The notes below the pieces were generated by a model, which did no database searches, was not told the DNA's origin, and saw nothing but the letters and a program-made list of their open reading frames with translations. Of a stretch of 64,000 bases of DNA, positions 38,653 to 49,463 are shown in pieces. The DNA comes from Alphaproteobacteria bacterium (lineage in GTDB: Bacteria; Pseudomonadota; Alphaproteobacteria; CAAHEQ01; UBA3637). Positions within the stretch are counted from its first letter, which is position 1, and each line of letters begins with the position of its first letter. Made by a program: the position numbers and the translations under genes. The DNA is taken from assembly GCA_045611705.1 (NCBI GenBank), contig JAZKXR010000006.1, forward strand, positions 48,538-112,537, given 5' to 3'.

Positions 38653-39556
38653 AGCCGGCCATCGGGCCGAAAAAATCGCCTTGTTTTGGCTGATGCTGAA
38701 AGGCTATCGTTTGGTGGCTAAAAACTTTGTGGTGGGACGTGGCACCGGTGCGGGCGAAGTGGATTTAATTGTTAAAAAAGGCAAAACATTGGTATTTGTT
38801 GAGGTTAAAAAACGCCCCGATGAACAAACAGCATTAAATGCCATCCGTCCCAAAAACAGACAGCGCATCCAAAAAACATCCATGGTCTTTTTATCCCGAA
38901 ATCCGAAATATCAAAATTATGAAATTCGCTATGATGTGATGATGATGACGGGTGGTTTGCCCAAACATTTGCCCAATGCATGGCAACCATTTAGTTTAAT
39001 TTTTTTATTGTTTTTACTGAGTGGTTGTCAAATGTGGGGGACTTTAATCAGTGGGGCCCACAGCCTGTGGGGAGTTGTGGCCGATGACAGGCCGTTAAAT
39101 GAAGACGTATCGGATATGGGGCTTTACACCCAAATACGGCAAAATTTAGCCGCCAGAGATATTAAATCACTTTTGGATGTTCAAATTACCGTTTTTCAAG
39201 GGGCTGTTTTATTGACCGGTGCCTTACCCAATTGGGATGAAATTGCCCAAACGGTTGAAATTGTATGGCAAACACCGGGGGTAAATTACGTTTATAATTA
39301 CATCCGTGTGGGTAAAACTTTAAGCACGGTTCAAACGTCCGAAGAGGCCGCCTTATCCGCCTCAATTCGCACCAAGTTAAGTCTGACACAAGGTATCAAA
39401 TCATCCAATTATAAATTGGTGATGGAAAACGGGACAGTTTATTTAATGGGCATACAGCAAGATTCAGACGAATGGCAACGGGCCCGTGCCGTAATTGCCG
39501 ATACCTATGGTGTTCAAAAAATCATCTGTTTGATGCGTGAAAAAATGGACAAATGA
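38621..39556 (+). CDS. YraN (UPF0102) nuclease-like domain fused to a dual-BON (DolP/YraP-like) lipoprotein
   Basis: GEVDLIV...LVFVEVK...IRYDV...HLPNAW runs in frame into LFLLSGC and BON repeats (VLLTG, GVNYVYN, VYLMG). Confidence 0.8.
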   Translation: MPKFWHTTNYKAGHRAEKIALFWLMLKGYRLVAKNFVVGRGTGAGEVDLIVKKGKTLVFVEVKKRPDEQTALNAIRPKNRQRIQKTSMVFLSRNPKYQNYEIRYDVMMMTGGLPKHLPNAWQPFSLIFLLFLLSGCQMWGTLISGAHSLWGVVADDRPLNEDVSDMGLYTQIRQNLAARDIKSLLDVQITVFQGAVLLTGALPNWDEIAQTVEIVWQTPGVNYVYNYIRVGKTLSTVQTSEEAALSASIRTKLSLTQGIKSSNYKLVMENGTVYLMGIQQDSDEWQRARAVIADTYGVQKIICLMREKMDK

Positions 39557-39620
39557 TGTATTTTTATTAGAATTTAGATTTTATCATCCCATAACTTCAA
39601 TATTTTAAAATAAAACAAAG

Positions 39621-39657
39621 AAAGTCGTCTTTTCAGACGACTTGTTCAAAATGGCGA
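39621..39657 (+). repeat. 37-bp direct repeat, copy 1 (distal att-like site)
   Basis: AAAGTCGTCTTTTCAGACGACTTGTTCAAAATGGCGA, identical to 40599-40635. Confidence 0.9.
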
Positions 39658-39691
39658 GGGATACCTTGCACAACGTGAGCTATTTAATAAC

Positions 39692-40372
39692 TTATTCAAA
39701 TTCCTTTGGTCTAGGTATTTTCGCATAGTAAAGAGCATCTACTTGACTTTCAGTCAATGGTCCATTTTTGAAATTCTCAGTTAACGCTTTCTTAAAATAA
39801 AGTAAGTCTTCTCGATTGCCTTTTTTAAATGATTCAAATAACATACACGAGTTGGAAGATAACATTTTTTCTATCCTTGCATCCGATAGAAACGAAGAAA
39901 AGATTTTCTCCATTATGTCTGCAAAGATTTTATCTTCTGAAAATGTACTTTGAGCTCCTTCTAACAAAGCAGGACGCACGCGACAAAGCTTTTCAAAAGA
40001 AACGGCAAAATCATCTATCCACGCCATCAGACGATCCTCATATGAAGAAGTATCCTCGCGTGAATTTCCAAGATGAAGCCAAGGAAAACGGTCATACAAA
40101 AAATGTTTCACTCCCATTTGATATGGGAAATAGTTATAACTTCCACGATTAACAGGATCATTAACAAGCTTACCTGTAACGGAATCATAAACAGCTTCTT
40201 TTTTACCATCCTTGTGCACGTATAGATTATAACGTCCTGGAGGAACTCCAATGCTGTGTTGATAATTTTCTTGCATATTATTTAATACAATTTGCAAAAA
40301 ATGACGAGCATGTTCTCCCGCCATACACGGAAATGCAAAAAACATTAAGACAAATATAAGCAGTTTTTTCAT
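39692..40372 (-). CDS. Secreted protein with Rhs-toxin-tip-like domain (islet cargo)
   Basis: Signal peptide MKKLLIF...CMA; EAVYD..GKLVNDPVNRGSYNY...H...D..PW...GN...D; codon usage looks unlike the neighbours. Confidence 0.6.
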   Translation of the reverse strand: MKKLLIFVLMFFAFPCMAGEHARHFLQIVLNNMQENYQHSIGVPPGRYNLYVHKDGKKEAVYDSVTGKLVNDPVNRGSYNYFPYQMGVKHFLYDRFPWLHLGNSREDTSSYEDRLMAWIDDFAVSFEKLCRVRPALLEGAQSTFSEDKIFADIMEKIFSSFLSDARIEKMLSSNSCMLFESFKKGNREDLLYFKKALTENFKNGPLTESQVDALYYAKIPRPKEFE

Positions 40373-40598
40373 AAAATACTCCCTACAAAATTTGAAACTG
40401 ATTTTAGTATAAAATAACCATATAAAAATAGCAATAAAATTTTTAAAATTGAATGTCACACAGCCCATCTAAACAGCGTTAAAAATATGAAATGCAATAA
40501 AATCAAGCATTTTAAAGCATATGAGTTAAATTGCTCATGAAAATATGCACCTTTTGTCTGCACTCCAATCAAACTTGCTTAAATGCTTGTAAATAAAA

Positions 40599-40635
40599 AA
40601 AGTCGTCTTTTCAGACGACTTGTTCAAAATGGCGA
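40599..40635 (+). repeat. 37-bp direct repeat, copy 2 (overlaps the tRNA-Glu 3' end and its terminator)
   Basis: Identical to 39621-39657; the last 6 nt are the tRNA 3' end (TCGCCA on the minus strand). Confidence 0.9.
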
Positions 40636-40705
40636 CCCCAGGGGGATTCGAACCCCCGTTACCGCCGTGAAAGGGCGATGTCCTAGGCCTCTAGACGATG
40701 GGGTC
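40630..40705 (-). tRNA. tRNA-Glu(TTC)
   Basis: Reverse complement GACCCCATCGTCTAGAGGCCTAGGACATCGCCC-TTTCAC-GGCGGTAACGGGGGTTCGAATCCCCCTGGGGTCGCCA. Confidence 0.96.
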
Positions 40706-40829
40706 TGTTTAAAGGCTTGGATGTTATTATAACTGATTTTTTTTCATTTTGCAAGAACTATTTTATGGTGTATGCATTTTTTTTAAAATATACTTGACTC
40801 TTATGTTGTTTTTTTGTTATGATTTTCAC

Positions 40830-42047
40830 ATGAAAAGTCTGATAAAAGGAATTTTGTGGACTGTTTGTTTTTGTATTGTTTTTCCTGTTACGGTACAGGT
40901 GCGTGTTTCGTCATCTTTAATTGCCGATGCACAAAGCGGTTATATGTTTTATAAAGACAATATGCAGGCACAAATTCCACCCGCATCTTTAACCAAATTG
41001 ATGACGCTTTATTTAACCTTTGGAGCCATTGAAAAAGGCATTTTAAAATGGTCGGACGAACTGCCTGTTTCGGATTATGCCGCCACCCGCCCAAAAACCA
41101 ATTTAAACCTTTATGCCGGACAAACCCTGACCGTACGTCAGGCTGTGAATGCTTTAATTGTACATTCGGCCAATGATGCAGCCGTTGTGTTGGCCGAAGC
41201 TTTGGCAAACAACGAACAAAAATTTGCCGAAATGATGACCCAAATGGCCAAACAATTAAATATGCACAAAACCGAATTTAAAAACGCATCTGGATTACAC
41301 ACAGACGGACAACAAACAACCGCCAAGGATATGGCTGTTTTATCTTTGGCCTTAATTCAACATTACCCCCAATATTATCATTTATTTTCACAAAAAACAT
41401 TTGAATTAAACGGCCGTACCTACACAACACACAATCGAATCCTAAACGAATATCCGGGGGCGGAAGGTATGAAAACAGGATATGTGGCTGCCGGTGGTTA
41501 TAATCTGATTACAACAGCCCAACAAAACGGCAGACGATTGGTGGGAATCGTCATGGGACAAGAAGACACATATGCCCGTGATAATTTAATGAAAAACTTA
41601 TTGGATAAAGGATTTAAACAGGTTAAACTTCAAAAACAAGCCGTTGCCTCGGGCGAATTATCACCCGCCTTAGACCCGCTTCATCGCCAATTTATGTTGC
41701 CCAAAACTGATATTTCTACCTTTTCACGCCATATGGAACAAAATGTACGTCTGGCCTTAAAAAACGCCCGTCAAAAACGACCGCCTCATTTCAATACAAT
41801 TGTTCAAAATAATAATTCGGTCTGGGGCATTCAGGTGGGGGCTTTTCGTTCCAAACAAAATGCACAACAAATGGCCAATCGGGCATTTGATTTATTAAAA
41901 ACACCATCTTTAAAAATTGCAACAAAGATGAAAAAATCTTTATTCAAAGCTCAACTGACCGGGTTTTCAGACAAAGGCGGTGCCGTTCAGGCTTGTCATT
42001 ATTTAAATCAACAAAATTGTCCGTGTATTTTGATATCCAATATATAA
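40830..42047 (+). CDS. D-alanyl-D-alanine carboxypeptidase (S11) with C-terminal SPOR domain
   Basis: PASLTKLMT, SANDA, KTGY; WGIQVGAF SPOR motif. Confidence 0.92.
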   Translation: MKSLIKGILWTVCFCIVFPVTVQVRVSSSLIADAQSGYMFYKDNMQAQIPPASLTKLMTLYLTFGAIEKGILKWSDELPVSDYAATRPKTNLNLYAGQTLTVRQAVNALIVHSANDAAVVLAEALANNEQKFAEMMTQMAKQLNMHKTEFKNASGLHTDGQQTTAKDMAVLSLALIQHYPQYYHLFSQKTFELNGRTYTTHNRILNEYPGAEGMKTGYVAAGGYNLITTAQQNGRRLVGIVMGQEDTYARDNLMKNLLDKGFKQVKLQKQAVASGELSPALDPLHRQFMLPKTDISTFSRHMEQNVRLALKNARQKRPPHFNTIVQNNNSVWGIQVGAFRSKQNAQQMANRAFDLLKTPSLKIATKMKKSLFKAQLTGFSDKGGAVQACHYLNQQNCPCILISNI

Positions 42048-42056
42048 AGGAGGCAG

Positions 42057-43127
42057 ATGAAATATCTTATTTTTTTACTGATGCTGCTTCCGATAAATCT
42101 TTGGGCCGGATTGGATGAGGTGACTTTATATTCAAAAAATAAAAAGTGTGCCATCCGTTATTTAAGCGACATTCCATTGAAAGGTTGGACCATAAATACA
42201 ACCGCTGAATGCCCAGAGGGTTGGGTTCATGGTTATCATCAGGTTGAAATTATTGCCCCACAAAAACAACAAAACAAAACATTAAACGGTTTTTTTATGG
42301 ATGGTTATTGGTTGGGACTTTTACCGGCCAAAGGACATATTTTAAATCGCCAGACACCCGAAGAAAACATTCAATCTTTAACTTTTATAATGGATAAAGA
42401 TGAAGAAGTGAACAACACCTATATCGTTCAATTAAGAAGCACAAAATCCAACGATGGTTCCTATTCGGAATTTCAAGGTTGTCCGATTTTTAGGCTGATG
42501 ATCATAAATCCCGACCGAAGCTTATTTAATAATGAAGCCTTTCAAGAACAAATCACCCAAAAGGCTTTTAAATTAGCCCAAAGATTGTGTGCTAAATTGG
42601 AAACAATCGCCATTTTTGGTGCAACAAAACCAGACGCTTTGGCATCTGATATCATTTTTCAAATGCAAATAGATGCCAAATCAAAAGAAAAAACAATAAT
42701 CCCCATTCAAACAAACTTCAACGAATCGGACATCTCAAAACCAATAGAATTACGCCATCAATCATCCGAACTTTTAATGGCGGTAACCCCAGATAAAGAC
42801 GGGTTAAAAATTGATTATTCAAAGCCTTTGACGTCCCCGCAAAAAACAATTACCAAAACAAAAACTTTACCGATTACCAGCCTGACACATTTGGATGTTC
42901 AATCACGCATTACGGAAAAACCCATTCAAGGGCGTGTCGTGGTTCACATCAATAAAATTAATTTGGACGGAACGGCAAAAACAGATTTACCACAAAACGT
43001 TTTATTGAAACACCATCCAAAATTAAAAATCGGATGGTCTGTAATTCAGGGAATTTTTTATCAAAATCAAATGCGGGTAATGGATATAACCCCTTGTCAA
43101 AAGGAATGGTGTTCGGATGTTTCATAA
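42057..43127 (+). CDS. Hypothetical secreted protein
   Basis: RBS AGGAGG, signal peptide, 356-aa ORF. Confidence 0.65.
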   Translation: MKYLIFLLMLLPINLWAGLDEVTLYSKNKKCAIRYLSDIPLKGWTINTTAECPEGWVHGYHQVEIIAPQKQQNKTLNGFFMDGYWLGLLPAKGHILNRQTPEENIQSLTFIMDKDEEVNNTYIVQLRSTKSNDGSYSEFQGCPIFRLMIINPDRSLFNNEAFQEQITQKAFKLAQRLCAKLETIAIFGATKPDALASDIIFQMQIDAKSKEKTIIPIQTNFNESDISKPIELRHQSSELLMAVTPDKDGLKIDYSKPLTSPQKTITKTKTLPITSLTHLDVQSRITEKPIQGRVVVHINKINLDGTAKTDLPQNVLLKHHPKLKIGWSVIQGIFYQNQMRVMDITPCQKEWCSDVS

Positions 43128-43854
43128 GTTTTTGTTTTCGGGATTTATCTTGTTTTTGGTTGGATTGGGTTTTGTTTTTGCTTCATCATCCAAAACAGGA
43201 CAATTAGAAGAAAAATACAAATCCTACGGCTTTATAAAATCAGACCTTCATTATGAAAAAATGGAAAAATCATGGGGCGAACAAGGTTTGATTTTTTATC
43301 AATTAAAATTTCCCGCACTAAACGTACCACACCATGTTGAAAAAATGATTTTAAACATGAATGACAAGGGATTAAACGCCCGTTTAACAAATGTACATTT
43401 AAATGTTAAACAAAGCATGAAAAATTTATATCTCTCTGATACAATGCAGGCTTTAAATAAATATGTTCCTTATCAAGATTTTTTTAATCGCATTTTGACA
43501 TCCTTATCATTATTGGGTATTGATGAATTTGTTGGCGACATCTTAATCAACACGGCTTACAGCGATTTAAAAACAATGCGTTTTTCAATCCAAATAAATC
43601 AAAACAAACAAGAAACCCTAGTCGTTGATGGCATTATCCACGTCCCTGTTGTGGGATTACCCCAACTATCTGATTTATGGCAAGGCGATTTAAAATCAAC
43701 CAATGTGCATATAAAAGACAAACACAACCTGAAACGTTATATTGATTATGCCAAAAGTCGCCGATTTGAAATTCCGCAAACATTAAAAAATGGGATAATT
43801 TCCTTAAAAAAATTACCCCAAAAACTCCCCAAGTTGTCAGACATTATGCACTGA
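43117..43854 (+). CDS. Hypothetical exported protein
   Basis: N-terminal hydrophobic segment; overlaps the upstream stop. Confidence 0.6.
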   Translation: MFHKFLFSGFILFLVGLGFVFASSSKTGQLEEKYKSYGFIKSDLHYEKMEKSWGEQGLIFYQLKFPALNVPHHVEKMILNMNDKGLNARLTNVHLNVKQSMKNLYLSDTMQALNKYVPYQDFFNRILTSLSLLGIDEFVGDILINTAYSDLKTMRFSIQINQNKQETLVVDGIIHVPVVGLPQLSDLWQGDLKSTNVHIKDKHNLKRYIDYAKSRRFEIPQTLKNGIISLKKLPQKLPKLSDIMH

Positions 43855-43857
43855 TCG

Positions 43858-44178
43858 TTAAAAATAAGTTTCCCATAAAAAAATTGCACTCAATGTGGAT
43901 AAAACAACCGCATTAATTACAATAATATCCTGAATTGTTCTGATAAAAACATGTTTCACCTCAAACATCGTTCCCTTTTCCAAAGTCAACCACCAAAACA
44001 AACGAAAACCGATGGCTAAAACAGACGAAACGACATACAAGGTCGGATCAAATAAAAAAGTTGAAACTGGCCTTGCCTCCGTTGATATGGTATTCACAAA
44101 CAATCCGATTAAAATTCCACAAATAACCGTCAAATTAAACGAAAAAAAAGCAGCAAATAAAGATTTTTTTTGTTCCAT
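43858..44178 (-). CDS. Small membrane protein
   Basis: Three hydrophobic segments; directly follows the Sel1 gene. Confidence 0.6.
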   Translation of the reverse strand: MEQKKSLFAAFFSFNLTVICGILIGLFVNTISTEARPVSTFLFDPTLYVVSSVLAIGFRLFWWLTLEKGTMFEVKHVFIRTIQDIIVINAVVLSTLSAIFLWETYF

Positions 44179-44181
44179 GTT

Positions 44182-45165
44182 TTACCTTCTTCTAAGAATA
44201 ACCCGTTCTGGTTTTGATGTGTTTGCAATCATTTGATCGTGTTGGCGTTTTTCCGCCGCCAAGGGCGATTCAATCTGTTTTACAACATCACGTTGAATGC
44301 GGTTAAATTCAACACGGGCTTTTTCCGATTGTCCCAACGTCATAGAGCGAGAAATATCTTCCAAAGACTCTTTAGCCGGTTCATATTGTTGATTTGCGGC
44401 CATTTCCAACCACGCATGGCCCGTGATTAAATTACGCTCCACACCTGTTCCGGCAAGATACATTGAAGCCAACAAATATTGTGCCGGTGCATAACCATTT
44501 GCTGCGGCATATGTATAATAGGCAACGGCCCGTTTAAGATCACCTTGTTGTTCATAAATTTGCCCCAACAAATAAAAGGCCGGTATATCATTGACATGAG
44601 CACTTTGGGTTAGATAATCTTTGGCTTTTTCCATCTTATCATCATTTTCTGTATTCATGTAAAATTCACCCAAATAACGCCCCACATAAGGTCTTGTTTC
44701 ATCGGTTGGAACTCTTGATAACAAATCAATCGCTTTTTGGATGTTCATAGGAACACCGTCCCCGTTATAATAGGCCAAGCTTAAATTAACCATGGCAGTG
44801 GCATCTTGTTGTTCAACGGCTTTTTGATAAAATTCAATCGCCTTTTTCTTGTTTAATGCAACACCTTCTCCACGATCATACATATACCCCAATAAAGATT
44901 GAGCATTGGCATTATTTCTATCGGCTGAGGCGGTTAAATATTCCAACGCCTTTTTAAAATTTTGCGAAACACCAAATCCATAGTAGTAAAGATATCCGAC
45001 ATAATATTGGGATCTGGCATCACCAGCATCAGCGGAAGGCAAAAAAGCACTGTATGCCGATGTATAATTTCCATCCCTAAAAAATTGCTCTCCCGTTACA
45101 AAATCTGCATGGAGTGTAAAAGGAAAAACAAAAACAGCGGTTGCTAATAATATTTTTTTGAACAT
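44182..45165 (-). CDS. Sel1/TPR-repeat protein
   Basis: Signal peptide; repeated AQxxLGxMYxxGxGV motifs. Confidence 0.9.
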   Translation of the reverse strand: MFKKILLATAVFVFPFTLHADFVTGEQFFRDGNYTSAYSAFLPSADAGDARSQYYVGYLYYYGFGVSQNFKKALEYLTASADRNNANAQSLLGYMYDRGEGVALNKKKAIEFYQKAVEQQDATAMVNLSLAYYNGDGVPMNIQKAIDLLSRVPTDETRPYVGRYLGEFYMNTENDDKMEKAKDYLTQSAHVNDIPAFYLLGQIYEQQGDLKRAVAYYTYAAANGYAPAQYLLASMYLAGTGVERNLITGHAWLEMAANQQYEPAKESLEDISRSMTLGQSEKARVEFNRIQRDVVKQIESPLAAEKRQHDQMIANTSKPERVILRRR

Positions 45166-45281
45166 GCATTTCTCCCCTTGATTTTTCTTAATTATACTTT
45201 CAAAAAAAACAAAATACAAGCCCTAATTATAAAAAAATCGGATAAAGTCAAACGACTTTATCCGAAATAAAAGAAAATATT

Positions 45282-45710
45282 TTATTGTAAAACAATATCC
45301 ACACGGCGATTTTGGGCACGTCCGGCCTTTGTTTCGTTTGTTGCCACAAAGTCAGTAGCACCATAACCGTTAACCGTCAATTTTTTTGCACAAACACCTT
45401 CTTTTTCCAAATATGTTGCCACGGCCTTGGCACGTCTTTCGGACAATTTTTTGTTATAAGCTGCACTGCCTGTGCTGTCTGTATATCCGTTGACCTTAGC
45501 CTTTTTACCATCTTCTTTTAAAATTTCAGCAGCCTTATTTAAATTTGTTTTTGCCTTATCGGACAATTCGGCCGAATCAAAGGCAAACAAAGAAGAATCC
45601 AATGTGTAACCTTTTTTTGCTGGACACATTTCAAGATCATCCGAACATAAATAAGAACAACCGGTCAACAAAACACTGCCAACCAATAATGTTAAAAATT
45701 GCTTTTTCAT
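45282..45710 (-). CDS. OmpA-domain (peptidoglycan-binding) lipoprotein
   Basis: LTGC lipobox, FAFDSAEL, GYTDSTG...NKKLSERRA, NRRV. Confidence 0.92.
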   Translation of the reverse strand: MKKQFLTLLVGSVLLTGCSYLCSDDLEMCPAKKGYTLDSSLFAFDSAELSDKAKTNLNKAAEILKEDGKKAKVNGYTDSTGSAAYNKKLSERRAKAVATYLEKEGVCAKKLTVNGYGATDFVATNETKAGRAQNRRVDIVLQ

Positions 45711-45887
45711 ATAAAACTCCTTGCGTTAAAATAAAATCACTCTTTCAATATAAAGTTATTTTATTAAAAATCAAGTCTTTTTTTTAACAAACATATTTTC
45801 ATGCGGAATCAGACGAAAAACATTGATTCAACTTTTTAACAAAAACGGACACCTGAAAGGCATCCGTTTTTCTTTGCCATCAAACTA

Positions 45888-46472
45888 TTAAAAATAATAG
45901 CGAGCAGACAGCAAAATATCATGAGAACGAATCTTATCTTTTACATGTTCTCCGCTTTCTTTCAATTTGGAACGGCCTTCGCCCAAATCAACATAGCGAT
46001 AGCCTAAATCCATGCTCCAACATTCATTCAAGCGATAATCAAAACCGGCACCTAATGTCCAGGCAAACTCCATTTTATCATCACCTTTTGTATGAACATT
46101 ACTGTCCGTTTTGTTATAGCTCATACCCAAACCACCCATGGCATACAAACCCATTTTTTGCCACGGCAATCTGGCATACACATTGGCCAAAGCGGGGATA
46201 GACCATGTATCGGCTTCGTGTCCGTCATGTTTAATTTTACCCCATCCACGCATACCAACGGTTACATCGCCTCGCAAATAATCGTTCATATGATAACCAC
46301 CACCCACGGCAAACACGCCTGATTCTTTATAATCTTTTTGACCAAAACCGAAACCGGCCTGCATAACCGCATAACCGTTGTGCATACTCATTTGATGTTC
46401 TTCGGCCTTTACATCCAAAGATGTTCCCAGTAAACCAATAACGGCCAAACCGGATAATAATAATTTCTTCAT
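45888..46472 (-). CDS. Outer-membrane beta-barrel protein (Opa/porin-like)
   Basis: Signal peptide, FAWTLGAG, MDLGYRYVDLG, C-terminal YYF. Confidence 0.85.
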   Translation of the reverse strand: MKKLLLSGLAVIGLLGTSLDVKAEEHQMSMHNGYAVMQAGFGFGQKDYKESGVFAVGGGYHMNDYLRGDVTVGMRGWGKIKHDGHEADTWSIPALANVYARLPWQKMGLYAMGGLGMSYNKTDSNVHTKGDDKMEFAWTLGAGFDYRLNECWSMDLGYRYVDLGEGRSKLKESGEHVKDKIRSHDILLSARYYF

Positions 46473-46672
46473 TTGATTTCTCCTTTCGTTTTTTATCAGT
46501 TGAAGCACGATTACAGTAGGGTGTAATTTTCCCAAACGCCATAGTTTTAATGCATTTTTTTTAAAATAAATATACGGATATGTTAAATACATAAAATGAT
46601 ATTGAATTTTAAAAAAATAATACTTGATTTTTTGAACAGATACATTTAAACTGACAAAAAAAAGGATTCAAA

Positions 46673-48177
<1,505 letters not shown>

Positions 48178-48206
48178 TTAATTTAAATTTCTTTATTCTA
48201 AAACAG

Positions 48207-49334
48207 ATGGAAAAAATTATTTGTAAAAACTGCGGAGCAACCGAATTTAAAAAAAACGGATTTGTTTTTGGGGTGCAACGTTATCAATGCAAAAAATGTG
48301 GCCTGCAATTCACCAAAACAACGCCTCACGGAAAAGATGCCCGTGATAAAGCAACCGCTTTGGCATTGTATCAATTGGGTGTTTCACAAAATCAGGTGGC
48401 TCAAATTTTATCCTTAACCCCTACCACTATTGCACGATGGATAAAGGATTTTCCCAAAAACATCCCCTATTCTTTTAACAATAGTTCCAAAACAAAAGAA
48501 ACGGATGAAACCACTTTGCGTGCCTATATCCGGCAACTGTATATTGAAAACAGGGATAGTTTCTGGGTATCACAAAACAATTTTTCCAACGGCTATGAAG
48601 TGGACATTTTAATCAAAAACCGCCGTCAGGATCCCCAAAGAAAAAAACAAAGCTTGCTGATATGCGGTTTTGGTGATTCCATTTTACAAGGTATTATTCA
48701 TGACGCCCAAACAAATCAATATAAGATATTAAAAGACAGCTTTGTGAATATATCCAAGGAAAAGCTGAATATCGTTTGGCGGAATTTTGCCCGACACGGC
48801 TCAACTGTTATAGAAGGCGAAAAAGCCTTTTTATCCCATTTAATGCATGTTAAAGAATGTGATTATGTTGTTTTTTCGTTTGGTTCAAATGAATGCAATC
48901 ACGATTGGGACAAGGTTTCACAAAACCCCAATTTACCCCATCGGCCACGTCTGTCTTTGGATGAATTTCATGAAAAATATATCCACCTGATTCATTTGGC
49001 GCAAAAAAAAGGGAAAGTGCCTTTGTTGTTATCCTTGCCCCCAGTTGATCCGGAACGCTTTTTTAACGGCATTGTGCAAGGACGCAACAAAGAAAACCTG
49101 TTAAAAGCCATGAACGGTCAAATCAATAAAATCTATACCTGGCACAGCATGTATAATTTGGAAGTTTTCAAAATCGCATCCGAAGCCAACGTTCCCATTA
49201 TTGATATCACCACTTACTTTTTAAAACAGACCGATTATCGGGACTTTTTGTGTGATGACGGCACCCATCCCAACCACCAAGGACATATGCTGATTGCGGG
49301 GGCTTTGAGTGATTTTTACAAAAAGTATGTATAA
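48207..49334 (+). CDS. Fusion of an IS1 InsA-like Zn-ribbon/HTH with an SGNH/GDSL hydrolase
   Basis: CKNCG...KKNG....QRYQCKKCG.QFT plus HTH (VSQNQVAQIL...TIARWI); then FGDSI, GST, FGSNEC, DGTHPN..GH. Confidence 0.8.
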   Translation: MEKIICKNCGATEFKKNGFVFGVQRYQCKKCGLQFTKTTPHGKDARDKATALALYQLGVSQNQVAQILSLTPTTIARWIKDFPKNIPYSFNNSSKTKETDETTLRAYIRQLYIENRDSFWVSQNNFSNGYEVDILIKNRRQDPQRKKQSLLICGFGDSILQGIIHDAQTNQYKILKDSFVNISKEKLNIVWRNFARHGSTVIEGEKAFLSHLMHVKECDYVVFSFGSNECNHDWDKVSQNPNLPHRPRLSLDEFHEKYIHLIHLAQKKGKVPLLLSLPPVDPERFFNGIVQGRNKENLLKAMNGQINKIYTWHSMYNLEVFKIASEANVPIIDITTYFLKQTDYRDFLCDDGTHPNHQGHMLIAGALSDFYKKYV

Positions 49335-49463
49335 TGCTTTTATAAAACGATATACGAAACACCCATATAAACCAAAGAAAAAATCAGCATTAAAAAAGTT
49401 AAATGTGATATGCATACAATTGCATTATCCTGAATATGTTTTTTAATAACCAAGGAGAAAAAC

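Noticed and set aside
39632-39643. TTCAGACGAC resembles a Neisseriaceae DNA uptake sequence, and comEC is present
   Set aside because: It was seen only within the two copies of the tRNA-Glu repeat; a true uptake sequence would recur many times in 64 kb.
48207-48460. Intact IS1-family insertion sequence
   Set aside because: There is no InsB/DDE domain, terminal inverted repeats or target duplication, and the frame continues into a hydrolase.
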